The notes under the pieces were generated by a model that saw only the letters and a list, made by a program, of their open reading frames with translations, searched no databases and was not told the DNA's origin. Below, piece after piece: positions 27,518-36,914 of a stretch of 56,192 bases of DNA. The translations under genes and the position numbers were made by a program. Numbering within the stretch: position 1 is the stretch's first letter; each line of letters starts with the position of its first letter. Source of the DNA: Candidatus Micrarchaeota archaeon (lineage in GTDB: Archaea > Micrarchaeota > Micrarchaeia > Micrarchaeales > CABMGC01); NCBI GenBank assembly GCA_021797995.1, contig JAJZYR010000004.1, forward strand, positions 1 through 56,192. The letters are read 5' to 3'.

Positions 27518-28723
27518 ATGATGGTAATGGCAGCTAACAGGTCAGTAACGCGCACTGCAGTTCCAAAGTTTGGCTCCGCGGGGGAGGTCGAAAGAAGCTA
27601 TGCCATGAGAAGGGAGCTGCGGGGGCTGGATGGGCTGAGCGGAAGCGCAGCGGCAAAGGGTCCAATGCCCGAATTATATCCGCGCGACGGATTCCGTGCC
27701 CTGACGGAACTGGAAAGCCGCATTAGCGAAATTGCCGGAGTAAGCAAGGAGTCACTGCTTGCGTACCCTGCAGGAATGTCATCGATTGTCGCTGCCGCCG
27801 AGTCGGCACATCCCACACAGGGGACCACGCTGCTATTGGGCAAAGAGCACTATACCGAGACTCCAAGATATGTCGATGAGCATCTCAGGCCGAGAGGAGT
27901 CAAGGTAGTCCGGGCCGATTCCGGAAACGCACGCGAGTTGGACGCAGCCATAAGGAAGCACGACCCTGACATAATATTACTGGAGACGGTGTCGAATGGC
28001 GTAAGCATGCCAGTGGTGGACATACCTGCGCTCTTCGCCTCAATCAAAGCATCAGGTAAGAGCCCATTGGTGATACTTGACAACACGCTTCCGACATCAA
28101 CGATACTGGCTCCTGGAGCCCTGCTCGGAGATGGATCTGTCACTGTTGCTGTTGTGGAGAGCGGAACCAAGGCCTACGCAAGGAATTCCGAGATGCTCGG
28201 CATCCTTTATACTAACAACAATGAGCTGTATACCTCTCTATATAGTGCAAGGATAACCGTAGGCTATACCCCGACCCCCTCGGCAGTTGAAACAATAACA
28301 TCATCACTGCCTGACTCAAAAGAGGATTTCGATAGGAGAAACAGGGCTGTCTTCGCCAATACGCTTACTCTCGCACGTGCACTCGAGCAGGTATCAGGGC
28401 AAGTCTCAGGGCTGACGGTAACACACCCCAACCTTTCAGGGCATCAGAACAAGCAGCTATCAGATTCCCTGAACCCGGATGGGGTAAGCCCTGTATTCTA
28501 CATAAATAACGGAAAAGACCAATTTGAGCTTACGGACCTGCTCATGCAGGATGGGACAGTGCGCGAATTATGCGAGATAGGCCAGAGCTTCGGATTCGAC
28601 AAGACAAGGATTTACCCTTATTACGGCAATCCATTTGTCAGAATAGCAGGAGGGGCATCGCATTCAAGCGATGAGGTTGGGGAACTGGCAAATGCCCTCG
28701 CGTCTGCGCTGAAAAGAGCGTAA
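27518..28723 (+). CDS. PLP-dependent Cys/Met metabolism enzyme (cystathionine gamma-lyase/synthase-like), divergent
   Basis: YPRDG...LE..I, AGMSSI, LETVSN...VDI, ILDNT, ESGTK (PLP lysine), SFG. Start uncertain. Confidence 0.75.
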   Translation: MMVMAANRSVTRTAVPKFGSAGEVERSYAMRRELRGLDGLSGSAAAKGPMPELYPRDGFRALTELESRISEIAGVSKESLLAYPAGMSSIVAAAESAHPTQGTTLLLGKEHYTETPRYVDEHLRPRGVKVVRADSGNARELDAAIRKHDPDIILLETVSNGVSMPVVDIPALFASIKASGKSPLVILDNTLPTSTILAPGALLGDGSVTVAVVESGTKAYARNSEMLGILYTNNNELYTSLYSARITVGYTPTPSAVETITSSLPDSKEDFDRRNRAVFANTLTLARALEQVSGQVSGLTVTHPNLSGHQNKQLSDSLNPDGVSPVFYINNGKDQFELTDLLMQDGTVRELCEIGQSFGFDKTRIYPYYGNPFVRIAGGASHSSDEVGELANALASALKRA

Positions 28724-28937
28724 ATGGCGCCATTCTGAGGGCGCACGACGGGGTTTACAGGGCGTGCACCATAGAGAGCTATGGCTTAACGATGCGGCTG
28801 GGAAATCCCTTGCAGTCTGCGTATTGTGTGATACTACTTCTATGGAAGTAGCATGGAAGCAAAATGCGGCAGATGCACGAGTGTATCCAGGCAGAGGCAA
28901 TATGAGAAAAGGAGAAAACTGAAAGCAGGGATAAGGC

Positions 28938-29243
28938 CTAAGAGAGCGTCATCTCGATCTGCACCGTGTCAGGCACTGTGATCCGCATGACCTGCCTGAG
29001 GGCCTGCTCGCTTCCGTCTATCTCGACAAGCCATTTATGTATCCTCATCTCCCAGTGTTCGTACGTGTGCGAGCCGTCCCCGCATGGCGTCTTCCTTGTA
29101 GAGACCTTGAGGGTCTTCGTTGGAAGTGGAATAGGCCCCTTGAACTTGACACCCACTGACGCTGCAATCTCGATTATCTGCTTTGCAATCCTGACCACGT
29201 CATCCTTGTTCCTGCTGATGAGCTTTATCCTGGTCGTCGGCAA
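28938..29243 (-). CDS. rps10: 30S ribosomal protein S10 (uS10)
   Basis: GPIPLPTK.L.V.TRKTPCGDGS.TYE.WEMRIHK. Confidence 0.97.
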   Translation of the reverse strand: MPTTRIKLISRNKDDVVRIAKQIIEIAASVGVKFKGPIPLPTKTLKVSTRKTPCGDGSHTYEHWEMRIHKWLVEIDGSEQALRQVMRITVPDTVQIEMTLS

Positions 29244-29247
29244 TCAA

Positions 29248-30516
29248 TCACTGGGCCTTCTTAATGTCAAGTACCACTCCTGCCGCAACAGTCTGGCCCA
29301 TGTCCCTTATGGCAAACCTTCCGAGCTGCGGGAACTCCTGGAACTTTTCTATGCAGATGGGCTTTGAAGGCTTTATCTTCACGACTGCTATATCTCCATT
29401 CTTTATGAACTCGGGGTTCTTCTGGAGCGTCTGTCCGGTCTTAGGATCCTTCTTCTCGGCTATCTCAACGATTGTGCATGCTATCTGCATTGTGTGGATA
29501 TGGAAGACAGGCGTGTATCCAGGCGCTATCGCAGTGGGGTGGTTTATTACGACTATCTGTGCAGTAAACTCCGCGGCAACTGTCGGGGGGCTTGTAACAG
29601 GCCCTATCACGTCTCCGCGCCTTATGTCCTTCTTGTCAACCCCCTTTATGTTGAAACCCACGTTGTCTCCGGGCTCCGCCTTCTGGAGCTGCTGGTGATG
29701 CTGTTCTATACTCCTCACTTCTGTCTTCACTCCTGACGGCATTATGATTATCTGCTCTCCGGGCTTCATTACTCCAGTCTCAACCCTTCCTACAGGAACG
29801 GTTCCGAAGCCTGCGATCGAGTATACATCCTGCACCGGAAGCCTGAGGGGCTTGTCCAGCGGCTTGTTCGGCACTGTCAGCGTGTCGAGTGCCCCAAGCA
29901 GCGTCGGGCCGGTGTACCACGGCATCTTATCCGACTTTGCCGCAACATTCGACCCTTCAAGCGCAGAGTACGGTATGAACGTTATCTTTGATAAATCATA
30001 TCCGACGGTCTTCAGCAGTTCGCTGACCTGTGCCTTTTGGTCATTGAACTTGGCCTGGTCAAATCCCGCTGCATCCATCTTGTTTAGCCCTACTATCAGC
30101 TGTGAGATTCCAAGCACCTTTGCAAGGTATGCGTGTTCCCTGGTCTGCGACTGTATGCCGTCAGGGCACGAGACGACCAGCACTGCTGCATCTGCCTGGC
30201 TCGCCCCGGTAATCATGTTCTTTACGAAGTCCCTGTGACCTGGCGCGTCTATGATTGTGAAGTAGTATTTCGGCGTCTGGAAGTCGCGGTGCATGATGTC
30301 TATCGTTATGCCCCTCTCCCTCTCCTCCTTGAGCTGGTCCATTACGAAGGCGAACTCGAAGGTAGGCCTATTGTACTTTACGACTTCCTCCTTGAGCTTC
30401 TTCAGGTCCTGCTCCGTTACTGCCTTCGTCTCGTACAGCAGCCTTCCAACTGTCGTCGACTTTCCGTGGTCGATGTGCCCTATGAAGATCAGGTTCAAGT
30501 GCGGTTTCTCTGCCAT
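29248..30516 (-). CDS. tuf: Translation elongation factor EF-1alpha
   Basis: [53 protein letters not shown]. Confidence 0.98.
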   Translation of the reverse strand: MAEKPHLNLIFIGHIDHGKSTTVGRLLYETKAVTEQDLKKLKEEVVKYNRPTFEFAFVMDQLKEERERGITIDIMHRDFQTPKYYFTIIDAPGHRDFVKNMITGASQADAAVLVVSCPDGIQSQTREHAYLAKVLGISQLIVGLNKMDAAGFDQAKFNDQKAQVSELLKTVGYDLSKITFIPYSALEGSNVAAKSDKMPWYTGPTLLGALDTLTVPNKPLDKPLRLPVQDVYSIAGFGTVPVGRVETGVMKPGEQIIIMPSGVKTEVRSIEQHHQQLQKAEPGDNVGFNIKGVDKKDIRRGDVIGPVTSPPTVAAEFTAQIVVINHPTAIAPGYTPVFHIHTMQIACTIVEIAEKKDPKTGQTLQKNPEFIKNGDIAVVKIKPSKPICIEKFQEFPQLGRFAIRDMGQTVAAGVVLDIKKAQ

Positions 30517-30907
30517 TTGATTCACCAAATACCATTATTTGTTCTATTTTCTTCCTTTTGAAGCAGAAAATATAAAATCTAGAGAAAGTTTTACCCGTCT
30601 GTAGATTACAGTTATTACACTCTTCGTGGAATAAGCTGCAATATTATATACCCTATAACGTATTTAAATCTTTCCTTGCCCCAGGCTTTGTAGCTACAAA
30701 GCTTCCCTGCCCTGCTATTTATATAGTGTACGGAACTGCAGCCCCCGCGGCAGCTGGTTCCCTTCCTCCTGCCTTCTGAAGCGGCAGGCGCACTTTACAT
30801 TGGCGTTTGCCTCCGCTGTTGAACAACCCATTAGCGCCTCAGAGACTCTCTTTGTCATCACAATCAGAAATACCTCGTATCATCACAGGCGCCCGGGAAA
30901 GTCGGAT

Positions 30908-30980
30908 TAGTCCCGACCAGATTCGGACTGGTGTTCATGGGTCCAAAGCCCATTGTCCTTGGCCACTAGACGACGGGACT
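30908..30980 (-). tRNA. tRNA-Gln(TTG)
   Basis: AGTCCCG/CGGGACT acceptor (A1-U72, typical of archaeal tRNA-Gln), ATGGG-CT-TTG-GA-CCCAT; T-loop reads TCCGAAT. Confidence 0.9.
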
Positions 30981-31078
30981 GCAGATACCATTCGCCTTAC
31001 CAGCTATAAATAGCCGATGCTTGCGTAGAAGCTGCGGCGGGGTCACGGAGGAAAAGGCGCGCCAAGGCCGGTGCAGGC

Positions 31079-32323
31079 CTAAATGAGATAGCTGTAGAGC
31101 GGGTCGTCGTCAGTTATCCGCCTGTAGCTTATCCCAAGCCTTTTCATCTTCTGGAGCAGGGGTCCGAGGTCCTCCCTCTTTGCAAGCTCTATTCCTACAA
31201 GCGCCGGTCCTGTCTCCTTGGAATTCTTCTTTAAGTATTCAAAGCGTGCTATGTCGTCAGTGGGGCCGAGTGCGCTATCCACGAACTTCCTCAGCTGGCC
31301 TGGCTTCTGGGCAAAGTCTATCAGGAAGTAGTGCTTGAGGCCCTTGTAGGCAAGGCTCCTTTCCATGACCTCCGGATAACGCAGTATGTCGTTGTTTCCG
31401 CCGCTGAGCACGCATACGACTGTCTTGCCCCTGATCTTTCCGGCAAGGCTGTCCAGTGCGGCGATCGAGAGTGCGCCAGCCGGCTCGGCAACTATGCCTT
31501 CATTCTGATAAAGTTCTATCATCGTTGCACATACCTTCCCCTCCGGAATAAGTATTATCCTGTCAACAAGCCTTCGCACTATGCCGAATGTGGCCTTGCC
31601 AACGGCCTTCACCGCCGCTCCGTCAACAAACGTATCTATCCTGTCAAGTGCGATCAGCCTTCCGGCCTTGACTGACTCGTACATGCTCGACGCGCCAGCC
31701 GGCTCGGCGCCTATAATGTGCGTGTGCCCCTGCTTTGACTTGATGTAAGCCGCAACGCCTGATATAAGTCCGCCGCCGCCTATGGGGCAGACTATGTAGT
31801 CGATGGTACCGTCGCTCTGCTCGTATATCTCCTTCCCTACTGTGCCCTGGCCTGCTATCACCTTGTAATCATCGAAAGGCCGCACGAAGATTGCATTGTT
31901 CTTCGCGCAGTATTCGTGCGCTGCCTTCGACGCTTCGTCGTAGTTGGAGCCAACGAGTTTTATCTCTATCCATGCGCCGCCGAAGTGGCGCACCCTGGCT
32001 ATCTTCTGCATGGGGGTTATTACAGGCATGAATATGACCGCCTTCGCCTTCAGGAGCGAGGCGCTAAGCGCCACCCCCTGCGCATGGTTTCCGGCGCTTG
32101 CACAGACAAAGCCCCTGCGTCTGTGCATGACAGGAACAGAGCTCATCAGGTTATACGCGCCGCGCACCTTGTACGACCTTACTACCTGAAGGTCCTCCCT
32201 CTTCAAGTAAACCCTTGCACCGTACTCGTCGGAAAGCCTCTGCGAGAGCTGGAGGGGCGTGGTGGAGACTGTGCCATCAAGCCTCTTAGCCGCCTCGTCT
32301 ATCATATCCGCAGTCACATCCAT
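31079..32323 (-). CDS. ilvA: Threonine ammonia-lyase, short form with single regulatory domain
   Basis: KREDLQVVRSYKVRGA, CASAGNHAQG, PIGGGGL, SGGNND, HYFLIDFAQKPGQL. Confidence 0.95.
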   Translation of the reverse strand: MDVTADMIDEAAKRLDGTVSTTPLQLSQRLSDEYGARVYLKREDLQVVRSYKVRGAYNLMSSVPVMHRRRGFVCASAGNHAQGVALSASLLKAKAVIFMPVITPMQKIARVRHFGGAWIEIKLVGSNYDEASKAAHEYCAKNNAIFVRPFDDYKVIAGQGTVGKEIYEQSDGTIDYIVCPIGGGGLISGVAAYIKSKQGHTHIIGAEPAGASSMYESVKAGRLIALDRIDTFVDGAAVKAVGKATFGIVRRLVDRIILIPEGKVCATMIELYQNEGIVAEPAGALSIAALDSLAGKIRGKTVVCVLSGGNNDILRYPEVMERSLAYKGLKHYFLIDFAQKPGQLRKFVDSALGPTDDIARFEYLKKNSKETGPALVGIELAKREDLGPLLQKMKRLGISYRRITDDDPLYSYLI

Positions 32324-32339
32324 AGTTACACCTACGACC

Positions 32340-32726
32340 TCAGTCAAGCGAGGCAATGCACGCGACCTCGACCCTGGCGTCTTTTGGGAGCCTCGCCCCT
32401 CCTACCGCATACCGCGCCGGCTTCGTGTCCGCGCCGAAGTACCCTGAATACACCTCGTTGAATGTGGGCCAGTCGTTCATGTCAGCAAGGAAGACCTCTA
32501 CCTTCACGACGCGGTCTAGGCCTGCGCCAGCCTCATTTAGCACGGCCTTAAGGTTCTCCATCACCCGCCGCGCCTCAGCCCTTATACCGCCCTTCACCAG
32601 CTCCCCGCTCTTCGGGTCAATTCCTATCTGTCCAGAGCAGAAGACAAGGCTTCCGGAGCGCATGGCCTGCGAATAGGGGCCGACAGGCGCGGGTGCGCCA
32701 TCCGAAACTACCGCAACAGGTTTCAT
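32340..32726 (-). CDS. ridA: RidA enamine/imine deaminase
   Basis: PAPVGPYSQA, CSGQIG, VVKV.VFL.DMND, PAR...LPK..RVEV. Confidence 0.94.
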   Translation of the reverse strand: MKPVAVVSDGAPAPVGPYSQAMRSGSLVFCSGQIGIDPKSGELVKGGIRAEARRVMENLKAVLNEAGAGLDRVVKVEVFLADMNDWPTFNEVYSGYFGADTKPARYAVGGARLPKDARVEVACIASLD

Positions 32727-32751
32727 GCCATGGTATGCTCACAGTAAGTAT

Positions 32752-33156
32752 TTAAAGCTCCTTGGTTGCCGTGTCCACCGGCTTCTTCTCAAAGGCGAAT
32801 ACTGCTTTCTTCACTGCCCTCAGCGACAGCGTTGCGCAGTGCATCCTTACCGGGCCTGGGTCGATATTTATGAGCCGCAGGAGTGCAGCCCTATCAATTC
32901 CCTCAATTTCAGCAAGGCTCATGCCCTTAAGCGACTCTGTGAGAATGCTTGCCGCGCCCATGGAGATGACGCACCCGCTTCCCTCAAAAGTGACTTCCTT
33001 CGCCTTTCCCTCCTTTATTTCAATGAAGATATCTATTCTATCCCCGCAGGAGATATTCTCCTCGTGCATCCTCGCGTTCGCTCTGTCGAGCTTCCTCTTG
33101 TTCAGCGGATGCTCATAGTTGTATATCAGGTTTTCAGCATACATGTCGAGTTCCAT
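32752..33156 (-). CDS. IscU/SufU-type Fe-S cluster scaffold
   Basis: N.SCGD, FEGSGCVIS..AAS, R.HCA.L. Confidence 0.9.
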   Translation of the reverse strand: MELDMYAENLIYNYEHPLNKRKLDRANARMHEENISCGDRIDIFIEIKEGKAKEVTFEGSGCVISMGAASILTESLKGMSLAEIEGIDRAALLRLINIDPGPVRMHCATLSLRAVKKAVFAFEKKPVDTATKEL

Positions 33157-33210
33157 AGTTGCACCGGTGCTGCATGCGCGCCCACGCGATATTATGCGCC
33201 TCCTGCATTA

Positions 33211-33789
33211 TTACCCCCTGAGTTCTTTCGGAGTGCGGGAACCCAGAATCCTGTACAGAATCCTGCCTCCAATCGTGTTTATCCAATTCCTGCACTTATA
33301 AAGGATGCCTGCGCCTACCATGCTCAGCACGGCCCCTGCCACAACGTCCGTGAAGTAGTGCTGCCCAAGGTAGACCCTTCCGAAGAGCACCATAATGAGC
33401 CAGGCCAGGTAAAGGACCCTCAGATACTTGTAGTTGTTTATGAAGAGTGCAAGCCCTGTCAGCGTCATCGCATGATCTGACGGGAAGCTGTATCCGCCCT
33501 CGCATCCGTATGTGTTTATCCACGAGAGCGATGTGACGTCGCACGGCCGCGGCTCCTTTACAAGCATCTTAATCAGATCCGCAATCACATACAGCAGAAC
33601 CACGGCTATCGCAAAGACAAAGACGTTCTTGTCCTTCTTGTAAAACAGGTAGATTGCGATTGCCGGCAGCACTATGAAGAAACTGGATGCCCAGTAATGC
33701 ATTACCAGGTTCAGCGCCGGGCTGTAAACCTCTTTGACCATGCCGAATGCGCCAGTATTTATGGCACTTATTATATTCTCCGCAGTCAT
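33211..33789 (-). CDS. PAP2-family membrane phosphatase
   Basis: K.LVKEPRP, YSFPSDH, RVYLGQHY.TDV; multiple TM segments. Confidence 0.9.
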   Translation of the reverse strand: MTAENIISAINTGAFGMVKEVYSPALNLVMHYWASSFFIVLPAIAIYLFYKKDKNVFVFAIAVVLLYVIADLIKMLVKEPRPCDVTSLSWINTYGCEGGYSFPSDHAMTLTGLALFINNYKYLRVLYLAWLIMVLFGRVYLGQHYFTDVVAGAVLSMVGAGILYKCRNWINTIGGRILYRILGSRTPKELRG

Positions 33790-33876
33790 AAAGCAAGCAC
33801 AAATGGTTTTAATAAAGAACAACTATATATATGCAACATCGCCAAAGCCCGCATGTCAGGGCTGCGGATGGTCTGC

Positions 33877-34251
33877 ATGCCTGCGCGATATATAATAATT
33901 GATACAAGCTCGATAATCTTCGGACTGTCGAACGGGAAGGACGTGTTCAAAGCAGTGCGTGAACAGAAGTACGGATACGCGGCAATGGTATCCGAAGGCA
34001 TCATGCGGGAGCTTGAGAACATAAAATCGAAAGGGGGGAGATATGGCAGATATGCAGGCCCAGCAACGGCCCTCATAGCACGGTACGGCATAAGGATCTC
34101 CGCAGACAGCTCCCCCGTAGACTCGTGGATCCTGGAAGAGGCCGGGAGGAACGGCTATGCCGTATGCACCAATGACTCAGAGCTGAAGAGGAGGCTCAGG
34201 GCCGTTGGAGTAAGAGCGTTCAGCATCGCAAGGTCAGGGCGTTTGAGATAA
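33877..34251 (+). CDS. PIN-domain protein (Fcf1/Utp24-like, conserved upstream of rpoE1)
   Basis: IIDTSS, IMRELE, VD..IL, VCTND.ELKRRL; synteny with rpoE1. Confidence 0.85.
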   Translation: MPARYIIIDTSSIIFGLSNGKDVFKAVREQKYGYAAMVSEGIMRELENIKSKGGRYGRYAGPATALIARYGIRISADSSPVDSWILEEAGRNGYAVCTNDSELKRRLRAVGVRAFSIARSGRLR

Positions 34252-34333
34252 GCATATAAATATCTTTCTAAACATATCCTATGCGGATTCCTTTCTACAG
34301 TTCGTCATGAAATCCGCCTGTTTCGGTGAGGAG

Positions 34334-34915
34334 TTGTACTACATACACACGATAAAGGACACAATAAGCATAGCACCCAAGTACTTCGGCTCAGACCTGA
34401 GGAAGTCGGCAGAGGAGATACTGCGGGCAAGGTACGAGAGGACGATAGACAAGGAGCTCGGAATCATACTCGCCTTATACGACGTGAGGGACATAAGCGA
34501 CGGATACCTTGCACCTGGCGATCCCTCAACGCACAACGACGTGACGTTTGACGTCCTTACATTCAGCCTTGAGGTGGATGAGATAATGGCAGGGGAGGTC
34601 TCTGAGCTTGTAGACTTCGGCTGCTTCGTGAGGCTGGGGCCGATAGAAGGCCTTGTCCACCTGTCGCAGATAACCAGCGACTTCATAAGCTATGACAGGA
34701 AGGCCGGCGTCTTCAGTTCCAGGAACACCGGAAAGACGCTCAAGAAAGGCGACATGGTATATACCAAGGTATCTACGATAAGCCTGAAGAACAGCATAAA
34801 GGACACGAAGATAGCCCTTACAATGAGGCCCGATGGCCTTGGGAAGCCGGAGTGGCTCAAGGAGGGGAAGGTAAGGGAGAGAAGGACTGCCAACCGCAGG
34901 CCCAAGAGGAGATGA
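34334..34915 (+). CDS. rpoE1: DNA-directed RNA polymerase subunit E' (Rpo7)
   Basis: GEV.E..DFG.FV.LGP.EGL.H.SQI, KIALTMR..GLGKPEW; TTG start inferred. Confidence 0.95.
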   Translation: MYYIHTIKDTISIAPKYFGSDLRKSAEEILRARYERTIDKELGIILALYDVRDISDGYLAPGDPSTHNDVTFDVLTFSLEVDEIMAGEVSELVDFGCFVRLGPIEGLVHLSQITSDFISYDRKAGVFSSRNTGKTLKKGDMVYTKVSTISLKNSIKDTKIALTMRPDGLGKPEWLKEGKVRERRTANRRPKRR

Positions 34916-34919
34916 TGCC

Positions 34920-35111
34920 ATGCCAGACCAGGCTTGCAAGAACTGCAGGTTCATAGTGATGCAGGGCGGAGTATGTCCTATATGCGGCTCAAACCAGCTT
35001 ACGACAAAGTGGAGCGGCATGGTCGTCGTGCTCAACGTTGAAAAATCCGAGATTGCCAAGAAGCTCGGCATAAAGATGGACGGATCCTACGCTATAAACA
35101 TAAACGGATAG
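34920..35111 (+). CDS. spt4: Transcription elongation factor Spt4 (RpoE'')
   Basis: ACKNC...CPICGS..LT.KW.G...SEIAKKLGI...G.YAI. Confidence 0.95.
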   Translation: MPDQACKNCRFIVMQGGVCPICGSNQLTTKWSGMVVVLNVEKSEIAKKLGIKMDGSYAINING

Positions 35112-35449
35112 ACGCATGCCATCTGCACGAGCGACAGCAGCACGATTGCAGGCATGCAGACCAGCATGCCTGAAGCGCAGTTGCAGGCAGGCAAGCAGGA
35201 TTGAAGGAATGGAAAGGACGTGCCGCCTGATCGGACTATCTATGCACCAAGCTAACCACCTATCGTTGCCTTGGAATACGACCTGCAAATGCAGGGAAGC
35301 CTATGGTTATCATTTGTTGGAGGATGCCACAAGAGGACGGTCAGGAACGTCCGGAGACATCCGAACATCACTGCCAAAGAAAGCCATACGGTGCTCTTTA
35401 TGCGCTCCGGGCGTGCGACGGTATAAGGACAATCGCCGCCCACTTGGCA

Positions 35450-36154
35450 TCAGCCTTCCTTCTTCTCTTCCCTCTTTACGTACTCCTCTTTTACAACTAC
35501 CTTTGTTATCCCAGGGAGGTACCTTAGGACCGATCCTGTGAACGAGGCCTTGTTTAGGAAGTAGTCCGCATTCTTGTCTATCTTCTCGCCGAACAAGACC
35601 TCCGCCGTGCCACCTTCCACCTTTATGCTGTCGGGCTTGAGCCCGTTCATGCCCGCGAGCGCATCAACCTTGCTCCTTTCATCATCAAGCTTTGCAACCA
35701 CCTTTAGATCGTAAGTGAGCTTTTCCCCGGCAAGCGGGTGGTTCGCATCCACAGTGACCCTCCCAGAGTTCACCGCAGTTATGACTGCTATCGTTCCGTC
35801 AAGGTCCACCTGCATCCCGGGGCGCGGATCAATGTCCCTGCTCCTGAAGTCGGAAACCTTCATGACCCTTACAAGATCCTGGTTCCTCTCTCCGAAGGCC
35901 TCGTCAGGCCCTATCTCCACCTTCCTGCTTTCATTAAGGCTCATCAGCCTGAGCGCCTTGTCAAGGCCCTTGATCGTCGTGTCCTTGCCTACTATGACAA
36001 GGTTTGGTCCGTATTTATGGTCTTTGCTGTACAGGCCGTTCTTTTCAGCAGCAGCCTTATCAGTAGTGTATACCATTGAACCGTCGGAAGCCCTCCACGC
36101 GCTGTACTCTATCTGTATAAAATCTCCGTCGTTGAAACTCACAAGAACACCCAT
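35450..36154 (-). CDS. FKBP-type peptidyl-prolyl isomerase, long archaeal type
   Basis: GDFI.IEY, IKGLD.AL, P.EAFGER, GRV.VD.NHPLAG..L.Y. Confidence 0.92.
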   Translation of the reverse strand: MGVLVSFNDGDFIQIEYSAWRASDGSMVYTTDKAAAEKNGLYSKDHKYGPNLVIVGKDTTIKGLDKALRLMSLNESRKVEIGPDEAFGERNQDLVRVMKVSDFRSRDIDPRPGMQVDLDGTIAVITAVNSGRVTVDANHPLAGEKLTYDLKVVAKLDDERSKVDALAGMNGLKPDSIKVEGGTAEVLFGEKIDKNADYFLNKASFTGSVLRYLPGITKVVVKEEYVKREEKKEG

Positions 36155-36302
36155 GATGCCTGTCTCTAGACCCCGATAAGCAGGACTGCCGAGGCGAGGT
36201 CAGAACCGAAAGCATAATAATAGTGTAACACAAGATATAAAAACAATTTGCAAACGCACTCCTGTTGCAGTATCTGAATCAAGCCCAATAGCGGATGGTA
36301 AG

Positions 36303-36914
36303 ATGAACAAAAACAATGCCATAAAGGCCTTAGCAGCCCTGTTCTTCGCCGTAATCTTCATAATATCCTATTCGACGGTGTTCAACTTCGGTTCCCCTGC
36401 AGGTACAACTACCGTTGCATCAAGGCCGGCTACGGTATATGCGTTTGCCTACTCGAATGCCATTGTATCAGAGTACACTCCAGTATTAAACATCAGTGTA
36501 AAGTGCCCAGACGCTGCAGAGTCAATCGGAGTGTCTGCGGAGATATCGAATGCGATCTCAGACCTCGAAGCGAACAATTCGGTGAGCACGTTCTACAGCG
36601 TGCGCAGCAACATCTCGCTAGACGCCGGGAACTCAAACACAATCCAGATATACAATTACATATACTCGCATCTCAACGCGTCAGGAGAGGCATGCGCCGC
36701 ATTTTCTTCAGGGGCGCTCTTTCTCCTCCCTAAGGTTATCAACTTTACAGTCAAGACGCAGACGGTGCAGGTTGTCCTGCAGAACAGCACAAGGAGGTTC
36801 ATCGCTCCGATAAACCTGACCCATAATGCGAGCCTGGTGGCTGGTGTGAGGATCGCCGCGTTTCTTACTCAAAACGCCACAGTATACGGCAACCTGAGCA
36901 TAACAAGGGTATGA
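36303..36914 (+). CDS. Hypothetical membrane-anchored extracellular protein
   Basis: N-terminal TM (ALAALFFAVIFIISY), many N-x-S/T sequons; overlaps the gltX start. Confidence 0.7.
   Translation: MNKNNAIKALAALFFAVIFIISYSTVFNFGSPAGTTTVASRPATVYAFAYSNAIVSEYTPVLNISVKCPDAAESIGVSAEISNAISDLEANNSVSTFYSVRSNISLDAGNSNTIQIYNYIYSHLNASGEACAAFSSGALFLLPKVINFTVKTQTVQVVLQNSTRRFIAPINLTHNASLVAGVRIAAFLTQNATVYGNLSITRV

Noticed and set aside
35116..35541. 141-aa ORF after spt4
   Set aside because: No homology cues, and it overlaps the FKBP gene on the opposite strand.
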